Positions 31,719 to 44,289 of a stretch of 64,000 nucleotides of DNA are shown one piece after another. A program made the translations under genes and the position numbers. Position 1 is the first letter of the stretch. Each line of letters begins with the position of its first letter. The stretch is from Octopus vulgaris (lineage: Eukaryota): NCBI GenBank assembly GCA_951406725.2, contig OX597820.1, forward strand, positions 15,128,001-15,192,000. Direction: 5' to 3'. The notes below the pieces were generated by a model. It saw only the letters and a list, made by a program, of their open reading frames with translations. It ran no database searches and was not told the DNA's origin.

Positions 31719-32083
31719 CTAGCAGTATCGCCTGGTGTTATTCGGGTTTGTTTCGATCCTTTAGAATTGGAATTTTTGAAATGTAAAAATGTAGCTTGTT
31801 ATTCTCTTTAAGTGAACATTTTTCTGGTTGAAATACACCGAAAAATGGCGACACAGCAGTCAAAAATTCGTTAAAAAATAGGGATTTTCTTTTAAAAAGA
31901 GCACCTTTTTGATGTAAATCATTTTTGGTGTTAACATGGTCTGATTTGAATTTTTTCTTCTACAGAAGGAAGAGCAAACCTTCTTCTATCATATTCTCAA
32001 TTTTGATCAACTTGCGCCGCAGGGTCTCGGAGGAGATAGTGTTTGTTGAAGGCTACCAAACCTGCCATACACAAACAACTTCT
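31719..32083 (-). mobile_element. Helitron-like element (second copy at 34570-34959)
   Basis: Reverse-complement CTAG/hairpin end; the ~360-bp body is shared with 34570-34959. Confidence 0.65.
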
Positions 32084-32626
32084 TTTTTGTGATTACGCTT
32101 TAGCATTCAGATTTCTCAGTCAAATGTAATGCTTATTCAACCAAATTGTTTTGAATTAATCATTCATTATCTTGTAGCTTTGAAATTTCAATGATATGAT
32201 TATTTATTTTTAGAATAACATTGTAAGGTAGATATTAGAAACCAGATCTGGCCAGTTTCAAAATAAAGCAAGGTAGAATATTTGGGGCCCGATATGGCTG
32301 GTTCAAATGCTAAAGGGTTGTCATTTTTTTTTAAATATAATAAAATTATTCAATTTAAATTAATGGCACGATAAATTAACAGTATCTTGAATTTCGTATC
32401 CCAAGATTTTTGGCAAATTTTTTTTTTCATTCCGAGTTTGGGTTTTAAATTTCAGAAAAGTTCCGTAGAAACATAGACTGGACGGCTGTGGTCTTGTCAG
32501 CACTGTGTCTTATTTTGTAGATGAAAATAATAAATTCGTATCAAGAAACATATTTCTCGAGTTTTCCTTAGAGTTGGAGAACTTCTATGACACATTTCAC
32601 CAGCTGATTGGATACTATTGGGTGGA

Positions 32627-33496
32627 TCGAACCACACGAAGATGACCAAAGGCTATTTTTGTTTCAACCTGATTGATACAACAGCATACAATGCTTTTTT
32701 GTGATATATTGAAAAGCACCCATGATTCAAACAGAAGAACAAACCCTTATCTAGACAGGAATTTCTTAAAATGCTGGTTGAAGAACTCCTTGATGATGGA
32801 GAACCTACTGAAATAATTCCAGTATCCAAAAGAGAAGAAACAGGTGACTCGCGAGGATTTCACGGGATTTGTCCTTCAGATAAAAAGAAAAAGAGTTGAA
32901 TTCGCCGTCAAAAATGTCAGATTTTTGCAGGTGATGGCCACACGTATGAAACAGTTTCGTATTTGAACTGTTTCTCTCTCTTTTAATCTCGCTTTTTTAC
33001 TCTTTTACTTGTTTCAGTCATTTGACTGCGGCCATGCTGGAGCACCGCCTTTAGTCGAGCAAATCGCCCCCAGGACTTATTCTTTGGAAGCCTAGTACTT
33101 ATTCTATCGGTCTCTTTTGCCGAACCGCTAAGTGACGGGGATGCAAACACACCAGCATCGGTTGTCAAGCAATGTTGGGGGGACAAGCACAGACACACAA
33201 ATACACATATATATATATACATATACATATATACGACGGGCTTCTTTCAGTTTCCGTCTACCAAATCCACTCACAAGGCTTTGGTCGGCCCTAGGATATA
33301 GTAGAAAACACTTGCCCAAGGTGCCACGCAGTTGGACTGAACCCGGAACCATGTGGTTGGTAAGCAAGCTACTTACCACGCAGCCACTCCTACGCCTATT
33401 TCAATTAATTATTTTTAAAGTTTTGTATATATTTTTCAATGAAAATTAGACTTGTGGTCACTTTCATGTGTTTATGTCCCTTTTTTCTAGGGTTAA
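32627..33496 (+). mobile_element. piggyBac transposase C-terminal remnant and right end (AGGG-TTAA), interrupted by a SINE
   Basis: RTTRR*PKAIF/FNLIDTTAYNAF...RQEFLKMLVEELL, and TAGGGTTAA at 33488-33496. Confidence 0.6.
32998..33398 (-). mobile_element. SINE family A
   Basis: Full-length copy. Confidence 0.88.
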
Positions 33497-33600
33497 TAAT
33501 AACGTCTCTTGTACAGACAGCTCCATCGCCTGGGTTGCCAGGCAGTTGCTGCTTTAAGGTTACAATCCTTTGCTAAGAGCTTTAATGTTTGTAGATATTC

Positions 33601-34128
33601 ATTTCTTTACTGTCCACAAGGGGCTAAACACAGAGAGGACAAACAAGGACAGACAAAGGGATTAAGTCGATTACATCGACCCCAGTGCGTAACTGGTACT
33701 TATTTAATCGACCCCAAAAGGATGAAAGGCAAAGTCGACCTCGGCGGAATTCCACCCAATAATATCTAATCAGCTGGTGAAGTATGTCATAGAAGTTCTC
33801 GAACACTAAGGAAAACTCGAGAATATGTTTCTTGATGCGAATTTATCATTTTCATCTACACAATAAGACACAGAACGTAGCGGCAGACGAAATACCTATT
33901 TCTTTACTACCCACAAGGGGCTAAACACAGAGAGGACAAACAAGGACAGACACACGTATTAAGTCGATTATATCGACCCCAGTGCGTAACTGGTACTTAA
34001 TTCATCGACCCCGAAAGGATGAAAAGCAAAGTCGACCTCGGCTGAATTTGAACTCAGAACGTAACGGCAGACGAAATACAGCTAAGCATTTCGCCCGGCG
34101 TGCTAACGTTTCTGCCAGCTCGCCGCCT
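33601..34128 (-). mobile_element. SINE family B dimer interrupted by a 123-bp insert
   Basis: Same junction; insert at 33751-33873. Confidence 0.82.
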
Positions 34129-34569
34129 TTAATGTTTGTAGATATTGGTCTAATGGTTCGTTGACGAGCAGCCAAGTCATGCTGTTCACTTACGTCATTG
34201 CTTGGTTTCACATATTTAGCCTGCAGAACATTAACAGCCGTCAAATAAACACATTGGTAATGTATTCAAATACATTTGGTGATACATAATTGATTAAGAG
34301 ATTCAGCCTGATGCCCTGTCCTTTGACTGGTTACGTTGCAACAAAGTTTTAAAAAGTTTCCTGCCAGAGTAACCGATGCTGAGCAGAATGTGTATCTTCG
34401 GGTCAGCATCCAAAAGTTCAAGAAAGAGGAAATGATGTATAAATTGACGCAAGTCGACATAAATTAAAACTAGTTTACGTTTCTCGTGTTTTTTTTTTTT
34501 CTCCATTAAACCAAACATAGTGTGCTTGCTTTCAAATAAGAACGCCTCAAAACAACATTTATTCAAAAT

Positions 34570-34959
34570 CAGCAGTATAGCCCGGCGTTGCTAGGGTTTG
34601 TTTCGACCCTTTAGAATTGGAATTTTTGAAAAGTAAAAATTTGCATTATGTAGCTTGTTATTCTCTTTAAGTGAACATTTTTCTGGTTGAAATACACCGA
34701 AAAATGGCGACACAGCAGTAAAAAAATCGTAAAAAGTAGAGATTTTCATAGAAAAAAAGCACCTTTTTGATGTAAATAATTTTTGCTGTTAACATGATCC
34801 GATTTGAATTTTTTCTTCTACGGAAGGAAGAGCAAGCCTTCTTCTATCATACTCTCAATTTTGGTCAACTAGCGCCGAAGGGTCTCGGACGAGATAGCGT
34901 TAGTTGAAGGCTACTAAACCTGCCATACACAGACAACTTCAGCTTTATATATAGAGAGA
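34570..34959 (-). mobile_element. Helitron-like element
   Basis: Minus-strand 5' ATCTCTCTATATATAAAG and 3' hairpin CCCTAGCAACGCCGGG. Confidence 0.65.
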
Positions 34960-35544
34960 TAGCACAAAATAAGGATGTTACTTTAGTTCTACAACGACAG
35001 GTTATTGCTCAACCGCTATGATTCGTTCGATCAAGGGAGAATCTAAGATCGTATCAGCCTGACCCACTCTTAAGTTCCTACATGAAACGTGGGCGTTAGT
35101 AATACAAGTTAATGAAACATTCTTTAACATTACTGTACTGGCGCTGTTTATGACAGTAAATTGCTTCTACAATAACGTCTCTACCGGATTTAAGAATAAG
35201 TTATACACGCTACAGTTTACGACTTTGCAATCCGCTCGAGTTTCAAAATAAAAGGCATATATATGTTGTCAAGTTTTGTGAGTCCCTTTGGTGTAAAAAC
35301 GAGAACCTTCGGGTTTTATATAGCGCAGTGCGTTATTTAGTTTATATCTGGTTTTCCTAGCAGTGCCGTTTTAAGGGCTGATGGATTTAGCTATTTGAGC
35401 GTGGAGCGGTGATTCGAAACCGAATCGCTAATTACGTGGTCGGACGTCACGAGCGAACCGCAACAGTTTCACACGATCGGTTTATTAAGCAATCAATCAA
35501 CGTCAAGCTATGGCATGATTTAGTCTTCTAGAATATTCTTCTTA

Positions 35545-35911
35545 TCTCTCTATATATAAACGGCAAAATGTCTATCTGTGTGTGTGTCCATTATACAAAT
35601 CCACAAATTTTCAGTTAGAGGGCTCGCACTTGCTATGGTCATTCAAAACCGTCCAAGGGTGGTCGTGCACATCTTCACATTTCCCCAGTCACCCGGTAAA
35701 GCCATTAAAAATCAATAGAAGTGACTTTTTTGTGAATTTTCTATTCAAAACCCAATCAAAATGCCCGAAACTTGATACGCCAATTGAAAGCTTGCTAGCT
35801 ATATGTGATTGGTCGGAGATTTGGACAGTACTCGCGTGTATGTGCGCACGCACGCAGCTTAATATGCATGCACTAGCACTATTACCTGGCGTTGCCAGGT
35901 CGTAGTGCTAG
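35545..35911 (+). mobile_element. Helitron-like element (third family)
   Basis: A|TCTCTCTATATATAAA start, ACCTGGCGTTGCCAGGT hairpin, CTAG|T end. Confidence 0.7.
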
Positions 35912-36244
35912 TAATCTATAAAGGACCGCTTTTGGCGGTAATTAATTGCAGAATGTACCTCCGTTCTGGCCAGCAGACGGCCAACACGGATGGCCTAGAA
36001 AAGACGATTAAGGATGTGCATTGCCACGAAGATAACGCAGTTGATTTCATGTATGTTGGACCGGCTGCACATTGCTGTACCGATGGCTATCTAATCTCAT
36101 TGCAGTATATCTCTCCCAGTCTGTAATTATTACTTTTGTTAACTGTGAATCACCAACGCAGATTGCTTTATTTTATGTGCAACAATAAATACTTCACTTA
36201 AATGTTCGCGGATGTTATTCTTTTTCTTTTTCTTTTCTTTCTAT

Positions 36245-36469
36245 TCTTTTATTTGTTTCAGTCATTTGACCGCGGCCATGCTAGAGCACCACCCCCAGTC
36301 GAGCAAATCGACCTCATGACTTATTCTTTGTAAGCCTAGTACTTATTCCACCGGTCTCTCCGGCCGAACCGCCAAGTGACGGGGATGCAAACACCAGCAT
36401 CGGTTGTCAAGAGATGCTGGGGGGACAAACACAAATACACAAACATACACATATACACGCGCGCGCACT

Positions 36470-36534
<65 letters not shown>

Positions 36535-37068
36535 GCGAGCTGGCAGAAACGTTAGCACGCCGGGCGAAATGCGTAGCTGTATTTCGTCTGTCGTTACGTT
36601 CCGAGTTCAAATTCCGCCGAGGTCGACTTTGCCTTTCATCCTTTCGGGGTCGATAAATTAAGTACCAGTTACGCACTGGGGTCGACGTAATCGACTTAAT
36701 CCGTTTGTCTGTCCTTGTTTGTCCCCTCTGTGTTTAGCCCCTTGTGGGTAGTAAAGAAATATATATATATCGATCCCTGCTGCCGAACGGTTAAGTTACG
36801 GGGACGTAAACACGCCAACACCGGTTGTCAGGTGGTGATGTGGGGGGACAAACACAGACAAAAATACACACACATATATACATATACATACATACATACA
36901 TACATACGACGGGCTTCTTTCAGTTTCCGTCTACCGAATCCACTCCCAAGGCTTTGGTCGACCCGAGGCTATAGTAGAAGACACTTGCCCAAGGTGCCAC
37001 GCAGTGGGACTGAACCCGGAACCATGTGGTTCGTAAGCAAGCTACTTACCACACACCCACTTCTGGCT
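36245..37068 (-). mobile_element. SINE family A composite with SINE family B (36533-36760, +) inserted in its (TA)n tract
   Basis: Order is A tail, (TA)n, B copy, then A body and head. Confidence 0.78.
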
Positions 37069-37265
37069 GTCTATATTATTTAAGTTAATTTCTTTCATGC
37101 AGCCAAGAAACATTTTCATTCAACAATTCAGTCACGAACACACCATACAACCATCATGACAAGCGTTTCAAGAGCCTGAATCAAGGACACAACGCCCTGA
37201 GGAAAATTGTATTGGAACTGTCCACTTCTAGGCTAATTCCTGCAACGGCATTGTCCTCATGTTTA

Positions 37266-37465
37266 TTCGCTAGCTTCTGCACGCATTTTTTTCTCTCCTT
37301 GTTTCTTTCCGTGTTTCTTTTCTGTGTATCTTTCTGTCGAAGAGCGTAGGCTCGAAACGTAAAAGACTTGTTTTATTTATATTCCTGAGCGCCATACTAA
37401 TACAATTGTTTGTTTGTATTCCACCTGCCTTCGTCTTTTGTTTATTTTCATAAAGCTTCCCGTTA
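37266..37465 (+). mobile_element. Solo Penelope-like terminal repeat
   Basis: Near-identical reverse complement of 40858-41058; contains the same hammerhead-like motif. Confidence 0.8.
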
Positions 37466-37724
37466 TATTCCTTCAACTTCGTAATAAAGACATGGCTTTT
37501 ATTTATGCTTCGCCACGGTGTTTGTAGCAATGTATTAGTGATGTTGGTGATGATAGTGTTAGTGGGAGAAGAGGCGCTGATCCCTATCCTCGATCGTCTG
37601 ATGCTGAGTAGAACCAGTGATCAAAGACATGCCATCCGTGATTAACCCGTCCTTTTACAGGCACAGTTGATCGAGGAATACATTACTGAACGTGTCATGT
37701 TCAGGCAATAGAGTTTGATTAACT

Positions 37725-37780
37725 GCAGTAGTAGAAGTAATAGTAGTAGTAGTAGCAGCAGCAGAAACAGAAGCAGCAGC

Positions 37781-37843
<63 letters not shown>

Positions 37844-37844
37844 T

Positions 37845-37886
<42 letters not shown>

Positions 37887-38036
37887 GTAGTAGTAGTAGT
37901 AGTAGTAGCAACAGCAGCAGCAGTAGTAGTAGTAGTAGAAGTTATAGTGCTAGCAGCAGCAGTAGTACTAGTAGTAGTACCAGTGGTAGTTGTTGCAGTT
38001 GTAGTAGTAGCAGCAGCGATGATGTTGACGGTGGAC

Positions 38037-38084
<48 letters not shown>

Positions 38085-38247
38085 ATGGTAGTGGTGGTTG
38101 CAGTAGTAGCAGCGGCAGTGGTGGTAGTGGTGGTGGTGCTGGTGGTTGCCTTTGTAGTATTAATGGTGGTAGTGGTGCTAGTAGTAGTACTAGTAGTAGT
38201 AGTAGTGATGGTGGTGGTGGTGGTTGCCTTTGTAGTATTAATGGTGC

Positions 38248-38299
<52 letters not shown>

Positions 38300-38310
38300 T
38301 GTCGTTGTTG
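37725..38310. repeat. (AGT)n/(AGC)n/(GGT)n compound trinucleotide array
   Basis: Visible directly in the sequence. Confidence 0.95.
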
Positions 38311-39199
38311 TGATAGTATCTAATATTCCGTTCCTGTGTTAAGGTCTAAAGACGTATTTCGTACCGTTGACCTCAATCCAAACGGTTTCATCCTGCCACG
38401 TTCTGTTTATATCAAACGAACAATCCCTCAGCTCTCTATCTCATAAAACCCACCGACAGCTGTCAAACACTTTTCGTCCTTGACCCGCTTTGATTGACAG
38501 GAAGAAGATTATAAAAAGGCGCGAGCATGACAGTGGAAAGAAGCTTGCTTCCCAAGCAAATGGTCGTGGGTTCAGTCCCACTGCGTGGGCACCTTGGACA
38601 AATGTCTTCTACTATAGCCTCAGGCCGACCAAAGTCTTGTGAGTGAATTAGATAGACGGAAACTGAAAGAAGCTTGCATGGACAGATGTTTCTGATAGGA
38701 CCCTATGGAAGAGATGTCAGAGGGGTCTACTCCCGTGACCCTTCAGTAGATAATGGATAGCGAAAATGGACAAATAGTTGCTTACAGTCAATCTTCTTGT
38801 TTGTGGATAATTTCTTTCTGTATCGGCTATAAATATCGCCTTCCGTTCGTAGAGTTTCGATTTTGAGATCTAAACCAGGCGTCGCCTTCTTACAAAAGTG
38901 AGTGCACAGATTCCATTTCTCGCGGAATTCATTTCAATAACAAACACCTGTGGTAAGTGAACCATGTCGAGAAAATAATCCAATTACAGACACCTGGGCA
39001 GGTGTAAGTTGTTTAGTATAAAAGACACGATTATACTGCGTTGGTTGTTTTGGGTGCAACACGGTCAATTGTTTATTTTAGCGATTAATTTCGCTTCAAA
39101 GATACCACATGGACGGAGATCACGTAACAACTCACAAAGAAGAATGTGCTATGTGCTTAAGCAAACAATCTTAAAGATAAGAAAAGAGAGGAATGGAGA

Positions 39200-39239
<40 letters not shown>

Positions 39240-39509
39240 AAAAGAAGGAGAAAAGGTATGAAAGAGAAAAACTGACAGAGATTTGATGGTAAAAAAATTC
39301 AATTTTGATCCAAGTTGTTTATTTCCCCAACAAAATGACAACAAATTACAGTTTACAAGGGAGAGACAACATAAAGACTAAAATATTTATGATGGAGGGT
39401 CTGTAACCAAGGGGCAATACCGGCAGCTGACTGTGAGTGATACAAAGGAAACTTTGATGTGGTTCTTATGGATGAAACGACATACTACTACTACTACTAC
39501 TACTACTAC

Positions 39510-39580
<71 letters not shown>

Positions 39581-39651
39581 GACTTCGTATATTTTACTCC
39601 AGTGTCGCTCTCATGGCATGCACTGCTCTCTCAATAATAATGATGATGATG

Positions 39652-39703
<52 letters not shown>

Positions 39704-39711
39704 CAATAATT

Positions 39712-40097
39712 TGGAAGCACTCCGTCGGTTACGACGACGAGGGTTCCGGTTGATCCGAATCAACGGAACAGCCTGCTCGTGAAATTAACGTGCAAGTGGC
39801 TGAGCACTCCACAGGCACGTGTACCCTTAACGTAGTCTTCGGGGATATTCAGCGTGACACAGAGAGTGACAAGGCCGGCCCTTTGAAATACAGGTACAAC
39901 AGAATCAGGAAGAAAGAGTGAGAGAAAGTTGTGGCGAAAGGGTACAGCAGGGATCACCACCATCCCCTGCCGGAGCCTCGTGGAGCTTTTAGGTGTTTTC
40001 GCTCAATAAACACTCACAACGCCCGGTCTGGGAATCGAAACCGCGATCCTATGACCGCGAGTCCGCTGCCCTAACCACTGGGCCATTGCGCCTCCAC

Positions 40098-40098
<1 letters not shown>
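39712..40098 (-). mobile_element. tRNA-derived SINE family C (related copies 16538-16845 -, 57011-57240 +, 58051-58325 +)
   Basis: Head GTGGAGGCGCAATGGCCCAGTGGTTAGGGCAGCGGACTCGCGG...GGTTTCGATTCCC; tail CCCTCGTCGTCGTAACCGACGGAGTGC. Confidence 0.82.
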
Positions 40099-40157
<59 letters not shown>

Positions 40158-40212
40158 TAATAATAATCTTTTCTGCTGGAAGCACAAGGCCTGAGATTTG
40201 TGGGATGCGGAC

Positions 40213-40563
40213 AGTCGATTATATCGACCCCAGTGTTTCATTGCTATTTAATTTATCGACCCCGAAAGGATGAAAGGCAAAGTCAACCCCGGCGGAATTT
40301 GAACTCAGAACGTAAAGGCGGACGAAATACCTATTTCTTTACTACCCACAAGGGGCTAAACACACGGGGGACAAACAAGGACACACGAACGGATTAAGTC
40401 GATTACATCGACCCCAGTGAGTAACTGGTGCTTAATTTATCGACCCCGAAAGGATGAAAGGCAAAGTCTACTTCGGCGGAATTTGAACTCAGAACGCAGC
40501 GGCGGACGAAATACCACAAAGCATTTCGCCCACCGTGCTAACGTTTCTGCCAGCTCGCCGCCT
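40213..40563 (-). mobile_element. SINE family B dimer
   Basis: Same junction, located within (AAT)/(GAT) arrays. Confidence 0.85.
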
Positions 40564-40565
40564 TA

Positions 40566-40662
<97 letters not shown>

Positions 40663-40826
40663 ACGGGCCTGACAGCATACGGAAGAAGTTTAGGGACTGT
40701 AGAAATCAGAAAGGGCATCTTCCAAGGAGACTGCCTATCCCCACTGATCTATGTACTGTGCTTGATACCACTAACACTGATTCTGAGGAAAGCAAAAGCT
40801 GGGTATGTATTCAAAAGCCGCCATCG

Positions 40827-40857
<31 letters not shown>

Positions 40858-40860
<3 letters not shown>

Positions 40861-41924
40861 CGGGAAGCTTTATGAAAATAAACAAAAGACGAAGGCAGGT
40901 GGAATACAAACAAACAATTGTATTAGTATGGCACTCAGGAATATAAATAAAACAAGTCTTTTACGTTTCGAGCCTACGCTCTTCAACAGAAAGATACACA
41001 GAAAAGAAACACAGAAAGAAACAAGGAGAGAAAAAAATGCGTGCAGAGGCTAGCGAATCAACATGGCGATCTGATTTCGGCCAGAAGTCAAAGATCGAAC
41101 GTGAGACGCAAGAGCGAAATTAGGGGAGAAAACAGGGTTAAATGACCTCGCGCCAACATAAGAGTGTGTGTGTGTGTATGAGAGAGTATGTAGTGCGTAT
41201 GAGAGATCTGGACGTGTGTATGTATATATGATGTGATGTGTAAAGTCGTATGGTGTAGTGTAGAGAGAGGAGATGGGGGAGAGGGGAGGAGGAGGGAGGA
41301 GGTAAGCGGGAGGAGGGGGAGGTAAGGGGGAGAGAGAGGAGAGGAGAGAGGAGGGGGAGCGATGGGAGGGGGAGAGTGGGAGAGAGAAAGAGGGGAGAAA
41401 AGGAAAGAGGAGGGGAAGAGGAGGGAGAAGGGGAAAGGTGAGAGTGAGGAGGGGGACGGGGGAGAAGGAAAGAGGAGGGAGGGGGGGAGAAGGAAGGGGG
41501 AGAAGAGGAAGGGAGAGGAGGAGGGAGGATAGAAGGAGAGAGAAGGGGAGTGAGGGAGAGAGAAGGGGAGTGAGGGAGCAGAGAGAAAGTAGGAAGGGGA
41601 AGAGGGAAGAAGAGGAAGGGAAGAAGGGAAGAGGAGGGAAAGGGAGTAGGGGTGAAAGGATGAAGGACTGAAGAGAAGTAGGGGTCGGGGGGAGGTTAGA
41701 TGAGGAGGGGGAGAGTTGAGACCAAATGGCGTAAAAGAGCGAAGAGAGAAGATTAATTCCTGTTCACGGCGCAAACAGGAATCCGGATGGCCTCTGTGCA
41801 AGGACAAACCGAACACAGACAGGTGTTGCAAGAAGTGACCGGTGGAGCGAAAATGGCGTGAGACTGGTGTGTCGTTGGCAAGGCGGATGTCACGGAGGTG
41901 TTCCGCGAACCGGTCAGCCAAGCG

Positions 41925-41925
<1 letters not shown>
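40858..41925 (-). mobile_element. Penelope-like element 3' part (GIY-YIG C-terminus, CT-rich tract, terminal repeat with hammerhead-like motif), inserted in (TA)n
   Basis: LADRFAEHLRDIR....PVSRHF...GH....RREQELIFSLRSFTPFGLN is typical of the end of PLE GIY-YIG domains. The terminal 200 bp recur in inverted orientation at 37266-37465. Confidence 0.85.
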
Positions 41926-41956
<31 letters not shown>

Positions 41957-42184
41957 GCCTGCTCGCTTAGCCAGCGGGGTGGCGTCATTCGAAGGCTAAA
42001 ACAATGCGAACGTATTGTGACCAGCGATATGTAACAACATCTGATGGTCTGGTCGGTCACGTGATATATATATACCGGAGTAAACACATAAATGTGAAAC
42101 AAGATGGAAAAAAAGAGTACTCAAATACCAGGGGTAGAGTAATATGCTTTAAAAACAGCAGAATTTCTGCTGCTTTTAAATAAA

Positions 42185-42256
<72 letters not shown>

Positions 42257-42497
42257 GAGAGGGATGACCACTATGTGGACATCCATTATGCTAGAAGTAG
42301 ATCCGCTATGGTCTTACCACTAAGATAGGAATGTTCTCAAGAAAATTTAGCAAACGCCAGAACGTAAGCGAGCAAGACATTTGCGCCAAATCGAAGACTT
42401 GAAAGATAACCCCATGTGTAATTGATAGAACTATATACATGTTCAATCTCATGCGAACGTCACGTGTATAGTTCTTCAAATTATATTTGCAATGACG

Positions 42498-42569
42498 ATC
42501 ATACTGAGGAGCTACGGACAATTACGTAGATAATTTGCGTAAGTGTTAATAGCGAAATTAGTTTATGAT
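42498..42569 (+). ncRNA. Type I hammerhead ribozyme fold inside a fold-back element
   Basis: Stem I ATCATA/TATGAT, core CTGAGGA, long stem II GCTA...TAGC, GAAA, minimal stem III, predicted cleavage after GUU at 42563. Confidence 0.7.
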
Positions 42570-42818
42570 TAATCTATATTTTGTATCTTTTCATTTGTCT
42601 TTCTCGCTTACGTTCTGGCGTTTGCTAAATTTTCTTGAGAACATTCCTTTCTTAGTGGTAAGACCATAGCGGATCTACGTCTAGCATAATGGATGTCCAC
42701 GTAGTGGTCATCTTTCTTATATGTATGTAATATAATTTTTCTGAATCTTCAGATTTTAATATGCTAAACCACTGGTTTTAGATTGATATTAATCAAATTA
42801 ATATTCAATTTTTCACCC

Positions 42819-43060
42819 TGTACAAATAGACAGACACCGACCCAATACATGGGCGATAGCATCACTTCGATATGGCATTGGAATCATAAACAGACAAAAG
42901 AAAGAACAGAAGAATATGGATACGAAGACATGGAAACTATTGATAGTGCACGGAGCATTCCACCCCAATAGTGACACCGGTAAGTTGCACTTGTCCAGGA
43001 GAAAGGGTGGGAGAGGTCTGATCAGTTGCCAGGATTGTGTTGAAGCAGAGGGTAGTACGT
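42819..43060 (+). mobile_element. Dong/R4-like RT-thumb fragment (related copy at ~45124-45301)
   Basis: NTWAIASLRYGIGII..MDTKTWKLLIVHGAFHPNSDTGKLHLSRRKGGRGL; a closely similar segment recurs at 45124-45301. Confidence 0.75.
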
Positions 43061-43326
43061 AAAAAAAGTCGATCATACCTTTGTTTGAGTAGAAAATATT
43101 TATCAAGTAACGTAAGGAAGGTCTAACGTATGCTGGTCTTAGCATTAAGGGAGAAAGGGATATAAACCAGATCATAGAGCAGAGGTACTAGTTTTTCAGC
43201 GAGTTATGGTTGGGTATGCAAATAATCTTCTACTTTGACCTGCTTGTTGTTATAACAGAGGACTTCCTGTCGAAACTCCTTCTGTTCACCCTTTAACTAG
43301 GTGGAACAAGCAAGACCCGGCGTTAA

Positions 43327-43549
43327 CCCTTTCGTTACCGTATTTCTTTTGAGATGCTCTGTGTTTCTTTCAATTAATTTTAAATATAACAAAGACTTTA
43401 GTCAAATAACTTAGTTATCATTAAGCTGGTGTTAGGAATATAAATTGGGACTAAGGTTTGGTGGAAGATTTCAATTCAAAACTTATGAAAAACAAGACAT
43501 TTGTATTACGGAGCCAGAAGCGGTTTCAGCCAGGTTAGTATTGAAAGGG
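43327..43549. mobile_element. piggyBac-type MITE
   Basis: TTAA|CCCTTTC...GAAAGGG|TTAA gives TIRs with a TTAA TSD. Related decayed copies occur near 3660-3780, 32095-32320 and 49030-49240. Confidence 0.8.
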
Positions 43550-44289
43550 TTAATGTCTGTGAGCTTTTCATTTGTCTGTTTTGATTGGGATTTCAAAATT
43601 GAAGTTTCCTATGGTAAGGGAAATAACTCTTCGATTCCCCACCATGAGTTACCGTCTTTGACTCACAAAAGCATGAGACATAATTTATGTAGGGCGAAGA
43701 CAAGAAATTATGCTTAGTGATTGAAATCAGTTGCCCAATTGATGCCAACATAATGTTAAGGTATGTGAAAAAGAAAACATCTATGCTGAAATGATGAGAA
43801 AGCAGCGATGACTCTATCTGAAATATATCTTCTGGTGTGTCTGGGGAGAGTCATTTTCTTTTTGTGCCTTATAATGTAACACACCCACCGGTAAAATTTC
43901 CTGGTGATTGTATTACATTATAAGGCACAAAAAGAAAATTACTCTCCCCAGACACAACAGAATATGCTTCAACACACGAACTCATATAAAGAATCTTGCA
44001 AACCAAATCCAAAAACGAAATATATCTTCTAGTTTCTATCAATAATTATTGAAGTACTTCGTTGCATCACTAACTACCCCAGAACCAATCCCGACAAACT
44101 AGGGTTTACAAAAGCTTACAGAACACCCCTAATCAGAATATCACAGCTACCAGCTGTTCAAAGGGACAGTAAAAAAATGTAAACGATTCAAGAAGTTTAG
44201 TATGTGCAATGATATTCATATCTGCACCCATGTGTTCGTGTATACATATATGCCTGCATATATACATCCATCTAGAGATGTCCCTAAAT

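Noticed and set aside
41260-41700. Pro/Ser/Leu-rich extension of the 277-aa ORF
   Set aside because: It is a low-complexity purine/pyrimidine tract; only the first ~70 aa are GIY-YIG-like.
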